Shown: positions 25,216-38,288, numbered from the stretch's first letter. The stretch: DNA of 64,000 bases from Lama glama (GCA_028534125.1 CM052816.1:87050001-87114000), one strand, 5' to 3'. Notes: generated by a model from the letters alone, not told the origin. Program-made: numbers and translations.

Positions 25216-27602
25216 CATTTAGGTAGGTAAGCTCTTTATTTTAAATATTTTATGAGAATCCACTTCAACTATTGTTTATTCCATAGTGTAAGTTGAGAAA
25301 TACTGGTTTAAAATAAAATCAGATGTGATTTGTTTTAGCTACTCAGTTTTATTTTAGCACATTTATTAAATTATGAAATGGCTACATAATTACCATCTTG
25401 TTTTATCTGATTTGCTACAAAATTACTAAATCCAGGAACAGTACAATTGTAACCGACCAATAACAGACTGCTAGTTAGTATGAATCATTTTACCAGTTTC
25501 ATTAAAGATGACTAAGTTAACTAAGTTTTTCTTTTCATTTTCATTCAAAGTCTCAAAAGCTGTAAAGCAAACATTGACCTGCAATATAAAAGAAATTAAA
25601 AATGCATAAATATATAAACAATTATAGAAGTTTTAATGGGTGATGTAAAACATGATTGAAATCTTTATCAAAACCAAAGGGTCCAAAAGTGACAATAATG
25701 ATATTAATAGCATAATCAGGAGATACCTTAAAAGATATTTTTTCATAGCTTCCACATCTGATTGCCTAAGACTTTAATTCCCATGGTATTTCACCTGGAC
25801 ATTAGAAGCTATTTAGTCAATGATGTAGGGCAACACTAGTCCCATGTTTGCTCAGAACATCCAAGACAAGTTGCCCAAGTTTAGATGATAAGCTGTGGGG
25901 TCACTCTGGCTTCAAAAAATTGAAATCATATTGATTTCCATATCCATATTCCAAATGATAAAAGAAACACTATCAGTGCAATTTATTATTTTTTTTTTTG
26001 GAAATAAGCACAGTTATTGAACTTACTCAAGTAAATATAGTCTCCTAAATCAACAAGAAAGAGATTTTAGTTGCTTTATATAGTGTTTGTACACTATACA
26101 CATCTTTGATCTAAGGCATTAATGAAAAATAAAGGAACTCTATAATATTAGATTACTCAGAACAGTTTTTATCTAAGTAATTATCTCTATCATGGGCAAG
26201 AGTGATGTAGTATCCAAAATGTGGCTCTCAGAACATTCTAATCTATGTCTAAACACGAGCACTACCAGTTGCTGCTTGTACAAACTAGAACTAGTTACCT
26301 AAAGTTTTGATCCTAGTTCATCCAAGTATTTGGACTAAAAAGATAATAAAATATTATACACATTGAAGAGATATAGTGAGAATGAATTACAGTTACATTC
26401 CTTGAAAAACATAGTGCTCAGTGTATAGCAGGGATTTGTTTTTGTTGTTTTGTGTTTTTAACATTGTACTTTTCTACTATTAGGAACATTACTGTTCCCA
26501 TTTTCAATTCTAAACAACAGTTTTTTGGTGGTAGTTTTATCATTAAGTAAGTTAAACAAAAAAAATATGCACTAAGTGTCATAAGTTTTATGTACAATTA
26601 GCTAAAGTCTTATTAATTAAATTTTGATTTTTTGTATTTCTGATAGTAGTAATTAATAGATACCAATGTTACTTATTTTTGAATGTGTTTAATGTTTGCT
26701 GTTAAGGTAATTAAGATTAGTTGAAGATTTCAATTTATTACTACCTTAGTTTTTGCACACTATGCAAGGAATACTCAGCAAAGCTGAGCACACTGATCAC
26801 TTTTATGATTCTGTAACCGCACATAACAATGCATTTAGTAATAATGATCTAGACACTGTGTTTTTAAATCTTGAGGATACATGTTCATATGCTTCAGTAT
26901 AGAAGCTATATTGTCATCTACCCATTTTAATAGGCAATTTGCTAATGTGAGCATTGCAAATATTCTTTGGAGCTGCGTTTTATATAATTTAAAATCTCAA
27001 ATATTTGCTGAACACCTATTTGACACACAGTATCAGATGTATCAGATTGATGGAGAACCAAAAGTAATGCAAACTATTGATGAAGTTGATTTACTTATTC
27101 TTCCTCATTTTGAACGCCTTAAATATATAGACTTAGCCATTCTAGTATACGTAGCTTTAGAAATCCATGGACTCTCCTGATAAAAGCCTACTCTGATAAA
27201 ACTCACGTGTAGAGGAGCAAGCCAGAATATGTACTATCTACAAATAGGTGGCTTCTGACTGAGGGGAGGAAGGAAAATACTAAGCCATTCCGATAAAACT
27301 CACCAATCAGGAACTCCTTCCTCCTTAGAAAAGAATGAAAGATGAAAAAGAGGCCAGAGATTTTTAAAGACAATGCCTTTTCATTGAAACCAGAAGATTA
27401 TATTTTTTATAATGTCCCTCTCATCTCAAAGGCAGTTATTTTTGTTAATCTGCAGTGCATCAGGTAGTTTATGCTGTCTTCATTTCTTATTTTATGTAAT
27501 GAGGAATTAGAAAGCTAAGACAGCTTGCTCAAAGTCTTACAACAAAGAGCATGAGGGCACAAAAATTCAGGCAGGAAAGTATTGAATTCAAGGGTAAGAT
27601 TC

Positions 27603-28207
27603 CACATATGAGCGATCTCATATGGTATTTTTCTTTCTCTTTCTGGCTTACTTCACTTAGAATGACATTCTCCAGGAGCATCCATGTTGCTGCAAATGGC
27701 ATTATGTTGTTGGTTTTTATGGCTGAGTAGTATTCCATTGTATAAATATAGCACATCTTCTTTATCCAGTCACCTGTTGATGGACATTTAGGCTGTTTCC
27801 ATGTTTTGGCTATTGTAAATAGTGCTGCTATGAACATTGGGGTGCAGGTGTCATCCTGAAGTAGATTTCCTTCTGGAGAATCTAAAAAACAACAAAAACA
27901 AGCAAACAAAAACAAAGCATAAATAAAGGACAGAAATAGACTCACAGACAGAGAATACAGAGTTGTGGTTACCGGTGGGTGGAGGGTGGGAAGGGATAGA
28001 CTGGGATTTTAAAATTGTAGAATAGATAAACGAGATTACACTGTATAGCACAGGGAAATATACACAAAATGTTATGATAACTCACAGAGAAAAAAATGTG
28101 ACAGTGAGTGTGTATATGTCCATGAATGACTGAAAAATTGTGCTGAACACTGGAATTTGACACAACATTGTAAAATGATTGTAAATCAATAAAAAATATT
28201 AAAAAAA
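27603..28207 (+). mobile_element. Young camelid L1, 5'-truncated with 5' inversion (antisense 27603-27877, sense 27878-28207)
   Basis: Perfect 13-bp TSD aagggtaagattc (27590-27602 / 28208-28220); the antisense part keeps an open ORF2 C-terminus (TCTPMFIAALFTIAKTWKQPKCP...MEYYSAIK...EVSQKEKEKYHM); the sense part is 3' UTR + AATAAA + A tail. Confidence 0.97.
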
Positions 28208-28399
28208 AAGGGTAAGATTCACAGGCAGACATACAGCAAGTGTACAAGGCTAGCCTGACTAATAAGGTGCAAATGTTTAAGTCCTGTCTGCTTTGAGGAG
28301 GGTCCAGTTTACATAAATCTCCATGAGGGTGTCAATGATTCCTCGCATCAGGGAGCCCAACATAAATGTTTGTTTTTTGGAATTCCCATTATAGTATAA

Positions 28400-28400
28400 T

Positions 28401-28431
<31 letters not shown>
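28400..28431. repeat. Interrupted (TG)n microsatellite
   Basis: Direct reading. Confidence 0.9.
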
Positions 28432-28432
<1 letters not shown>

Positions 28433-30177
28433 TGCAGATATAGTATGTCCAATTTGCTGGATTAGGACTGCATGATGAAATAAATGTGTAAATTGATCTC
28501 CGACTGGTATGAAAAGTGAAAATCCCTATACATCTTGTCCCCTTACATTTTGGTGGTAGCTATTCTGCATCTTCCACTGTGTAAGGACAGAGTCATATGT
28601 TAAATGAGGTTTGCTCTTTTAGTAGAATGTTGAAGCTTACCAAATAAGCTTCCTTGGGATTTCCCAAACCTACAGCTTGTTAAATTAGTGAAATTAAATC
28701 AGTGAAAGAGCAGATTTGTTCCAAATAGTCTACTATCTTGGGAGAAGAGCACATACCAGTTGTTACAAATTGGAATAGGATTTAAAAAAAAAAAAAAGGA
28801 ATATCCTCCTAACGAACTCATCTTGATTTATTCATTGAATATTTATTGGAAAATAGATTCAAGTATTCTTATAATCTTCAGATTGTGTTAGCCAACAGAT
28901 ATTGATGAAACTTTCCCTTACTTGCTAATAACATTGGTGAGCAAACATGGCCCAAGAGGTCCCACACAGAGTCTTAGGAGTCATAATTTTGATTTTCATT
29001 AAGAGCTCTGCTTTGCCAGAGTATGTTTTTATGCTAAGCCTAATTTGCATGGATTTGTAAATAAAAATCCTTGCTTTTATTAAAAAATGGTTTTATTAAA
29101 GAGAATGAATCACATCACATATAAAACTAAAACAACAGTATTTTGCATGATAAGAAATCAAAACTCAAATTCAATTATTAATTGTTTTGTTAATATGTTT
29201 GAGACATAGGGATCCTCTATGGAACCAATTGTTACATATCTTGTACAAATTGCCTCTTTCTTGTTATCTGTTATTTTTAATCTTAGGAACAAGCTGGTCT
29301 CCATAATCCAGACAGTTGTAGAGAAATACATTGTCCTTGATTGTTTAGATTTCTCTCCATTCCTCAACATCAAAATGATACACATAATTGTGTCTTCTGG
29401 AACACTTATGAAAATTTATTTGGAGCTTTTAATTATTTTTGCAGGATGTGTTTATTTCAATATTATAATTTTTTATCTTTAAATGCTCTTAATTTAGACT
29501 GTTCTTTTAAGAAAAGAAACATTTGCTTGAAAAACACAATTATTTCCATGTGTTTAATGTAAGATAAGCTGGTCTCTAACCTGAAAAATGTAAAAAAACC
29601 ATACATATGATATTAAATACGAATACTTTAGTATCTAGTCAAATGAGGCATAGTTGAAGTATATTTAACCACAACATTAAGAAAAAACTTGAAACATATT
29701 AGTGAAATTTGAAGGAAAAATAAAATTGAGACCCTTATGTTGGTCATAACAAAATTAAGATATTTAATTATTAATATGAAAAATAATTCTACTTTTTATG
29801 GTAGGTTAAATTGGTTAGAATACCATTTAATGCTTGAGGAACTAGTAATAAAAAGGTTTCTATTTTAACAGAACAGAAATTTTTTTTCAAAAATTGTTGA
29901 AGTGCCAACGTTAAAATAGCGGTTAATTAGTAGCTCCTTGAAGTATCTCTTTATCCTTAATATATATTGGCTTATGGTAATAAACTTGTAAATAAGGACT
30001 GTATGAAGACCTTAAGAACTTTTGAAAGAAAATTAGTTATTAAATTTCCCCAAAGACTTTCAATGCAAGCAAAATACATCATTTTTGACAAATCCTAATG
30101 GTGAATATATTAGCCCATTTGGGTTTGTTTTATATTGGTGGTGGTGGTGTTCAGTCAGGAACAATATCATGGGATTT

Positions 30178-30436
30178 ATTACAATATAAATATCATAAAT
30201 ATTTCTGTTAATAAGTACTTCCTCTCACTACAAGTCTGTCCCTCTATTACCCACATAGGTTTGGTTGGAATGTCATTCACAGTTCTGTTCAATCCGACGA
30301 AATAAATTACAATATAAATATCATAAATATTTCTGTTAATAAGTACTTCCTCTCACTACAAGTCTGTCCCTCTATTACCCACATAGGTTTGGTTGGAATG
30401 TCACTCACAGTTCTGTTCAATCCGACAAAATAAATT
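30178..30436. repeat. Tandem duplication, 2 x 128 bp
   Basis: 30178-30305 repeated at 30306-30433 with 2 substitutions; 'att' microhomology at the ends. Confidence 0.97.
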
Positions 30437-31495
30437 CAATTCAGATTTCTGGAGACATTTTTAGTCTTCTACTACTTAGATTTATAAATATGAAGTCTCA
30501 AACTTGAGACTTATTTTCTTCATTTGTGGGTGGAATCCATTATATATTGATATAAAATAATGATAGTTGCTCAAAAAATAATCACAATCTAGTGGAATAG
30601 ATAGAGTCCTAGAATAACAATTTTAAAAAATGTTAAAGCTGTAAAGAGCAGAACTTGAGTACAGATGTTGCAGAAATCCTAGGGCGTTCGGGTTCTGTAC
30701 TTCACATAGTTATAGATACTTCAGATCAAAGCTGAGCAGTTTCGTAATGTGAAGTTCATTTCCTTTTCTTCTCTCAGCCATTTCAAAAGCAGAAACAGAT
30801 ATATTGTTGTACTCTGTTTTGTCGGTGCTCTTAAATTCCTATTGTTAGACACCTTAATAACACACACTCAGCAGTAAATAGTATTTAAATGTTTGTTTTT
30901 GTTAACTTAATGCAGATGACTCAGTGGAATTAAAGAGCTAAGGGATTTTATATTCAGCCTGAAAGAATATTTGAAATATTATTTTGACTGTAAAACCAAT
31001 TGATTTTTTATCATCTGCTTGAAAAAACTTAAATTTTTAAAGATTAAAATGCTCTTTGATGATTCATTTTAAAATATATAAGCATTATTGATTTTAGTGT
31101 AACTTAAATATTATTTATCTTTATCCAATAATAATGATTTTGAATTATCATTATTTGCAGATTTCTATACATATTTTACTCAACTCTAATATCACACACA
31201 AACACACACGACAGGAAATCTCACAATTTGGAAAACTGCTCCGTTTGATTGAAAACGTTGCATAGAATTTTCATCTTTACCTAAGAATTCTACTTTTCAT
31301 TTTAAGAACAAGACAAAGTTTATGGTCCCTAAGTCTTCTATCCGCAAAATATACAATCTAAACATTTTAATTTTTTATTATTGTATTTATTTTTAATTTC
31401 AGAGCTTCTCAGCTCACAGTTGAACTCAGATTTATATTTGTGTTCCAAGCCCTGGGCTTCCAGCTAAGCCAAATCTATTTATGCTAACGATCTCC

Positions 31496-31582
31496 AGCAG
31501 CTGCACTCTGCATTATCTGAGGCTTCTGGGAGGTCTTCCAAGGGAACTCCGAATAGAGCATATTGCAGCGATCTAGTCTGGA
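31496..31582 (-). mobile_element. Ancient L2-clade ORF2 relic (sauropsid/AmnL2-like)
   Basis: Minus-strand translation SRLDRCNMLYSEFPWKTSQKPQIMQSAAA aligns without gaps to the L2 post-RT motif SRLDYCNxLYxGLPxKTxxKLQxVQNAAA. Confidence 0.7.
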
Positions 31583-33031
31583 GTGCTGAAAATAATGTCC
31601 CACCTGCAATGATTTCTGTGCCACGGAAAACTCGCCATAGCTGCACAGTACTCTAAATCGAGAGAGAGACAGAGAATTGTGCTTGTTTCTATTTGTTTCC
31701 AAAAGTTTATTCACCCTGTCCTTCCCTTTTTATATTCCTCTGCTTATTAAGGGTGATGCAAAGTGGTTGGCTGTTACTGCAACACCCCCTACACCCATCA
31801 GGGGTCCCCTTCCCTTCCCATATACTACCTCCTGCCTTTTACTACTCTGTAGGATGTGAGCAGTAACCCATGGAAAGAACTGGAGTGAACCATACAACAC
31901 CTTTGCTATTAATGAGCTTAAAAGCACAGCCCGTGAACCTACACTAGTTCTGCAAGAGGAAGAAGAGTGGTGACTTTACCGCCCATCATTCAAATGATGA
32001 ATGAACATCCTGAGCTATTTCTACAAGACACATGAACAGTCAGAGCTGAAGAGGGTTGTACGGCGGGGCCGCATCAGTGAAACCACCCTCATGAATAATG
32101 GCTGCGGTGCCATCCTTTATTGGCATTGATGGTGCTTCAAATGCAGTCTCGAGCATACACATATGCTTGCGCGTGTGAAGAGAGATAGAAGCTTTCACTC
32201 TCTCTAGATATTTTTTAACCAACAGATTAGTGCAAGTGACTTCGGTAGTTCAGCTTCATAATTCTTCTAGTAAAAACTGAAAAAAAAAGTTCTTTTACAG
32301 TTTGACAAATGGTTCTATCTGTAGAAAACCCTTGGAACCATAACCATTTTTTGCATAGGGATGTGCCAAAATACTTGAAAATAATTTAGGCAGCTGACAG
32401 ACTGTTTTATTTGCTAGTTTAAGACCTGGCCTTTAGCCGTTTGCTTCCCCTACTCCCATTTGAATGCTGTAGTCAGGGAATTACTGTTACAGTGATACAG
32501 AATTCCATCTGGAGGGTGATTTAAATAAACAAAACAACAAAACAAAAAAAGGTCACTGTGACTTATTTAATACATAATTTAAAGGAGACTAGGCATATCC
32601 TTTAGACAACTTAATATTTCCAAAATTCATGTCTTTCATGGGAGTGTTTCAGGCTTGAATTGATTTTCAGTATATTTTGAAGATCAGTTTTAGAAAAGCG
32701 AACAGGCCAATACCTCAGGAGTATGTATGAGTAGATGACAGTTTATGAAAGAAATACAGTGAGTGAAATGTTAATATACATACCACAGTTTGCTTCTATG
32801 TGTTTTCAAAATTGATTTAAAAAGATGAGTTTTAATTCACATACAGGCGGGCTTTTAGCCAGTTTCACAATTCTTAATATCCATTTCTGTTTACTCTACA
32901 AGTTATATTTTGAAGAAAGAATGTTATTTGCTTAGTAATAAATTCCCTGAACTATATAAAATTCCTTAACTTGTTGCGATTGAAACTTAGGAAAGGATGG
33001 CATAGGGTTTTTATACCACAATAAGCACGAT

Positions 33032-33535
33032 TATTATCGAAAAGTTGGCCTCTGTACCCTGAAAAATTAATCCAAACTCAGAGACGGAGTCCCTGGGAGC
33101 AACAGAAAAGAGCAGCTTTGTTGCTTTGCCAGGCAAAGGGGAATGACAGCAGGCTAAAGCCTCAAAGACTGTGAACCCGTTTTGGAGTTGGGGTGTTGAG
33201 GTTTCATAGAAAACCTGGATGGAGCAGGAAAGTGGTAACAGTCAGGGTGGTTTGTGGTACTGCAATCTTCCTAATGTCAGTGAGTCCATCTGGCATCACG
33301 GAAGACTCCTTAGGGCCTGTCCATATTCTTCTGAGGTCATCAATCCATGCCTTTCTTTCTGGAAAACAGCTTCTGGGTTAAAGAGGGTATAGGGAAGGTT
33401 GGGGGCTATTTTAGCAAAGCAATTGAGCGAGTAAACAAAAAGAAAAACACGATGTGTCAAAATGAATCAGCAAACAGCCTTAGCCATCAGGGAAGCCATT
33501 TTATCAGTTATGTTAGTTACATTTCTCCTCTTTCA
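33032..33535 (-). mobile_element. ERV1-class solo LTR (laurasiatherian/camelid type)
   Basis: 'gagacggagt...gaaaagagcagctttgttgctttgccaggcaaagggga...cagcaggctaaagcctcaaagactgtg' is a typical antisense R/U5; 4-bp TSD cgat/tgat. Confidence 0.8.
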
Positions 33536-36500
33536 TGATGTCAAGGTTTTGAGCATGTGAGTCAGGAAGATAAGTTCTCTGTTTCATTAAGTTGATAACA
33601 TTTGGGAATGGCAAGGGAGAGCCAGAGATAATAAGCAGCTACAAATGTAGGGCAAATTAGCTTTAACACTCAGACTTAAACTTTTGAAAATCTCACCTTA
33701 AACAGACACAGGAGTGTGTTAAAAAGTAATCAAACATCCCACAAGATGTTTCTGGACATGAGTGCAAATGTAATGAGGTAGAAATTATTTTAAACTCTAA
33801 ACCATGTCCTTATGGGACTACTTACAATTATCAGATGTATTTGACATCTGACTTACGGATTCTCAATTCTGCCTACCAGTCTTGCTTCTACAAAGCACTT
33901 AATGCCAGTTCCATGATCTTTTTTACATTCTTACCTTGCTAGACCTTCAGATCAATAAAGTAAGAAAAGTTAGAACGTCTCCTGCCTCCTCCCCAACAAC
34001 ATACAGACCTGGGAGGTCCCTATTAGGGGTCTAGGCCAACTAATTATACTTTATGGCTTTTGGCTCCACACTCTGGCCTCCCAACGATTTCCCTCAGTCA
34101 TCTTCCCTTCTTCACAACAACTAGAACGTGTTTGACCTTCTCAGCCTGCTTCCTACTTGCAGAATTTGAGGGTTCCAAAGGTCACATTATACTATCTACT
34201 CTTCTGCCTCTTTAAATCCAGTCTGTCAGTGTTTCTGTTAATATAATTTCCTTAAAATTGTATTCAGTGAAGCTATTTGGTGTTCACACCATTATGCTAA
34301 AGCCACACCTGCCGATCTCCTTGATAAGATCCCTTCTTGACCTAGGGATTTTGGTGAGACTGCTCAGTGAAAATGCCCCTAAACTTAGAAATCCTGATTT
34401 TCATGAAAAGGATCTGTGTGAAGAGTACCCTCAGAATCTTTAGACAGTCTTTTCTGGACTGAAACAGTAAGGCAAAACATTAGAAATCACACACATGCTT
34501 ATCTGAGCAGCAGAACAAGCGCCATGCCTAGTAGAACAGATATTTAATGGGTCGTAACATATCTGTGTGTAAAATATGTAGAGAGCACACAATTCTGTGT
34601 TCCTGTATCTGTCAGACTTCTCACTTCATTGAGGATGCCGAGACCACTGAACTTCAAGTCCTAGTCTTCCACTTGAATCCTTATAGTAAGTCGTATACTT
34701 TGTACTGATTAAGTTCTTTAGGGGTAAACCTAAGTCAAGGCATCTTAAAGATGTATTTAAGCCGTCTCACCTATCTTAGCTTAGCATCAATTGAGGAGCA
34801 TGGGCAACCAAGGGCAAAATGAACAGAGAAAAGAATATATGTACTGACTTGGGCAAAGGTTATTTATAATACCCACTGCAGCTTAAGCCAGGGGAAGCTG
34901 TATGGCATTTAAGAATGTATATAGAATTATTTCATCCTCAGTTAAGACTTTTATGATGTAATTTAGTGGTCACAACTAAGGATATGAATTAAAGGTAAGT
35001 GGCAAGTTAACAAAACAAATACTCTGAAAGTCAAAGGCTGATTTTAATTGATCAATTAATTGTTCAAGACTGTAGACAGGTAGATAAGTAACAATCTCAC
35101 TGAAGCTCACTTTTCTTATCAGGAAATTTGAAATAAAGTACAAATATTGAATTAAGATGATTAGGTATGTTAGTAAATGTATGAATTAGGAGACATTTTA
35201 ATTGTATGAATATAAGTTAACCATTGTCTCAGAGTATTTGGCATATTACTAAAGAAAATAGTAAACATTCATCTGTATGACTTGGCATCATTTTGGCTGG
35301 TTTCACATAAATAAAGATTCCTCCAACTTTTTTTCAGAAATCTTGGAGAGAAATTTGGTATTTAATATCAGTTTTAATTTCTCAAAACATTTCTTCTAAT
35401 TTTAAAATAAAAATTATTTTAGAGAAATAATATTCTTTATCTTAATGTGTTTTATCACTAATGAATTATGTTTATAGCTCTAACAATAACAAATGTAGAG
35501 ATTTTATAAACTGTTTAATGTTAAAAATTGTTAAACTCTAGTAACAGTGTTTTCTTTATCATAAATTATTAAATCCATATGTTCTGAAAGTTAGGTAATG
35601 GGAGTAATCAATAGAAAAATTTTTAACAGTATTCTGTCACTTTTTTAAAGCTTACATACAAGCAAATGAATAATATTAACTGTTATTTTATATTAATATT
35701 AGGTCTCGAACACAATTTTATATTACAAATGCCAATCAAAAAGACTAATTGACTCTAATATAGCTGAATTGGCTTCCAAAAGAAAATCTAAATTGGTCCA
35801 ATATTTAGATTAATGTGACTGTTTCTGACTGATTTAGACTTATTTGACTAATTGCATTAATGAGTAAATGCATACATTAAAAAACTCTGTTTTTAATACA
35901 ACCTTGAGTGTTTTCTGGTAATTTCTTCTTTGACTTTTATACCTCCAGAAAGTCTGAAAAAATAAAGCATTCCTCTTTTTTTTTTTTGTAGTTCTCAAGG
36001 ATATTTATTTTATATGCAACTTGCCTTTTAAAAAATAACTGCATTAACTTATATTTTCTTGAAGGGGGTATGTTCTTGTTCAGCATGTGATTTTTTTGGA
36101 AAGTTATCCATACCCAACATTGTCAAATCAAATTATTTTATCCCTTTGAATGCATGCAGTGAATTATGAACACAGTAGTATTTGTGCTGGTGAGAGGGAA
36201 TAAATTATATACTCAACTGCATACCAGAGAGGTACGTATTTCCTTTGAATTTAGCTCGACTTGGGCAGGTGGGTAAAGAGACTAATGTTTTTCTCTTAAT
36301 GTGCTGTTTATCAATCACCACAGTGGCTCAAAGCAATTTTGTTCTCTCTTCATGTCCCGGGGGCCCCAGTATAGATTTTCATTTTGCCAACTAAAATGAA
36401 ACTGAAAACTCTCCCTGATGCTTAGTCTTGATCAGCTGCAGCTCTTCATTGACTGAGCAAGTAATCATTTTGCCGCCACAAAGATGGAGAGGTGACCTGT

Positions 36501-37403
36501 CCTAGGTGTGACCCTGTAATTCATTTACTTTTTGTGTTACACTAAGCTGTCCAGTTGAAGAACAGATGCTGCCTGGGTTAAATAATGGGACATCTGGACC
36601 ACTAGCCACAATTACAAATAAAATCCACACTTTGTGGGTGAGGATAAAATATATATGGGGCTTCTCTTAAGTAGAATCTGCAGAAGACCACACACACACA
36701 CATAACCCCACACAGATCTTCATCAGCATTCTTAGAATTCCAGTATATATTTTATTCTCACCCCCAAACTGTGAGTTCCATTTGGAAGTGTGACCAGTGA
36801 CGCACACGTCTCATCATTCAACCCAGGCCATTCTGATTTCCCTCAGCAGGACAGCTTAATGTAAAACAAGGAGCTGATTTTACAGGGTCACTCTTGGGAT
36901 AGATCGCCCCTTGACCTTAGTAGAGAGGGAGAGGGTGTGTGCAGGCTTCAGAATTCTACTTAGAAGTCTTATGTATATTCAGTGGTTCGCATTAAAGTAT
37001 AGAATTGTGTGTGAGTTTGTTGTTTTCTTGTTTATTTGTTTTGAAAAGTCATTTATTACTGTTCATTTAAAGTAAGACTATGTCTGCTTCATTACTTGAT
37101 TGGCATAAGTTCCTTTTGGTAAACTTACCACTACTTTGTATGCAAGTATCTTCAAATGACATTACCAGACAAATACTTTTTAAGGAACTGTTTTGTGCAA
37201 AAGAATGTGCTACATAATGAGATTACAAAACTATGAACAACACTGAAAGCACAGATGTGCTGAGCAATAGGAAGAAATAAAGGCAATTAAACTTGTTTTG
37301 GTCATCACATTACAGTTTTAAATTAGATAATTTATTTCAAAACTTAAAAGTCCACTATTTAAAATGTCACACCTGTAAAGGTGTCTCTATTTAATATTGT
37401 ATT

Positions 37404-38288
37404 TTGATGGGCAATTAGGTTGCTTCTATGCGTTGGCTCTTGTAAATAGCACTGCTGTGAACATTGGGGTACATACGTCTTTTTGAATTGGTTTCCTCCA
37501 AATATATGCCAAGGAGTGGGATTGCTGGATCATAGGGTAAGTCTGTTTTTAGTTTTTTTTTAAGGAATCTCCATACTGTTTTCCATAATGGCTACACCAA
37601 ACTCCATTCCCACCAACGGTGTAGAAGGGTTCCCTTTTCTCCACACCCTCTGTAACATTTATCATTTGGGGACTTTTTAAAGATGGCTGTTCTGACCTGT
37701 GTGAGGTGATACCTCACTGTAGTTTTAATTTGCATTTCTCTGATAAAATGTCCACTGACAGATGACTGGATAAAGAAGTTGTGGTACACACACACACACA
37801 CACACACACAATAGAATACTACTCAGCCATAAGAAAGAATAAATTAATGACATTGGCAGTAAAATGGATGGACCTGGAGTTTGTTATACCAAGTGAAGTA
37901 AGCCAGAAAGAGATAGAAAAATACTTCGTGATATCACTTAAATGTGGAATCTTAAAAAAAAAGGACACAAATGAACTTTTTTACAAAACAGAGGCAGACT
38001 CACAGGCATAGAAAACAAACTTATGGTCACTAGCAGTGAAAGAGAGTAGGGACGGATAAGTTGAGAGTTTGGGATTTGTAGACACTAACTACTATATATA
38101 AAATAGATAAACAACAAGGTCCTACTGTATAGCACAAGAAACTATATTCAATTCCTTGTTATAGCCTATAACGAAAAAGAAAAATGAAAAGGAAAAAATA
38201 TGTATCTGTATAAGTGAATCACTATCCTGTACACCAAAACTTAACACAGCATTGTAAATAGGCTAACTTCAATTAAAAAGCAATAATA
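37404..38288 (+). mobile_element. L1 with 5' inversion (antisense 37404-37746, sense 37747-38288)
   Basis: Antisense ORF2 ('gatgggcaattaggttgc...tttgcatttctctgataa') joined to sense 'aatgtccactgacagatg...' through 3' UTR and A-rich tail; degenerate TSD aatattgtatt / aatattttctt; internal (CA)n near 37787-37810. Confidence 0.92.

Noticed and set aside
27529..27945. 138-aa ORF, the longest in the track
   Set aside because: A chimera of antisense L1 3' UTR, inverted ORF2 C-terminus and flank, created by the inversion; not a host gene.
36895..36920. CTCF-like 'gatcgccccttgacc'
   Set aside because: Only the GC-rich half resembles the consensus; too weak to call.
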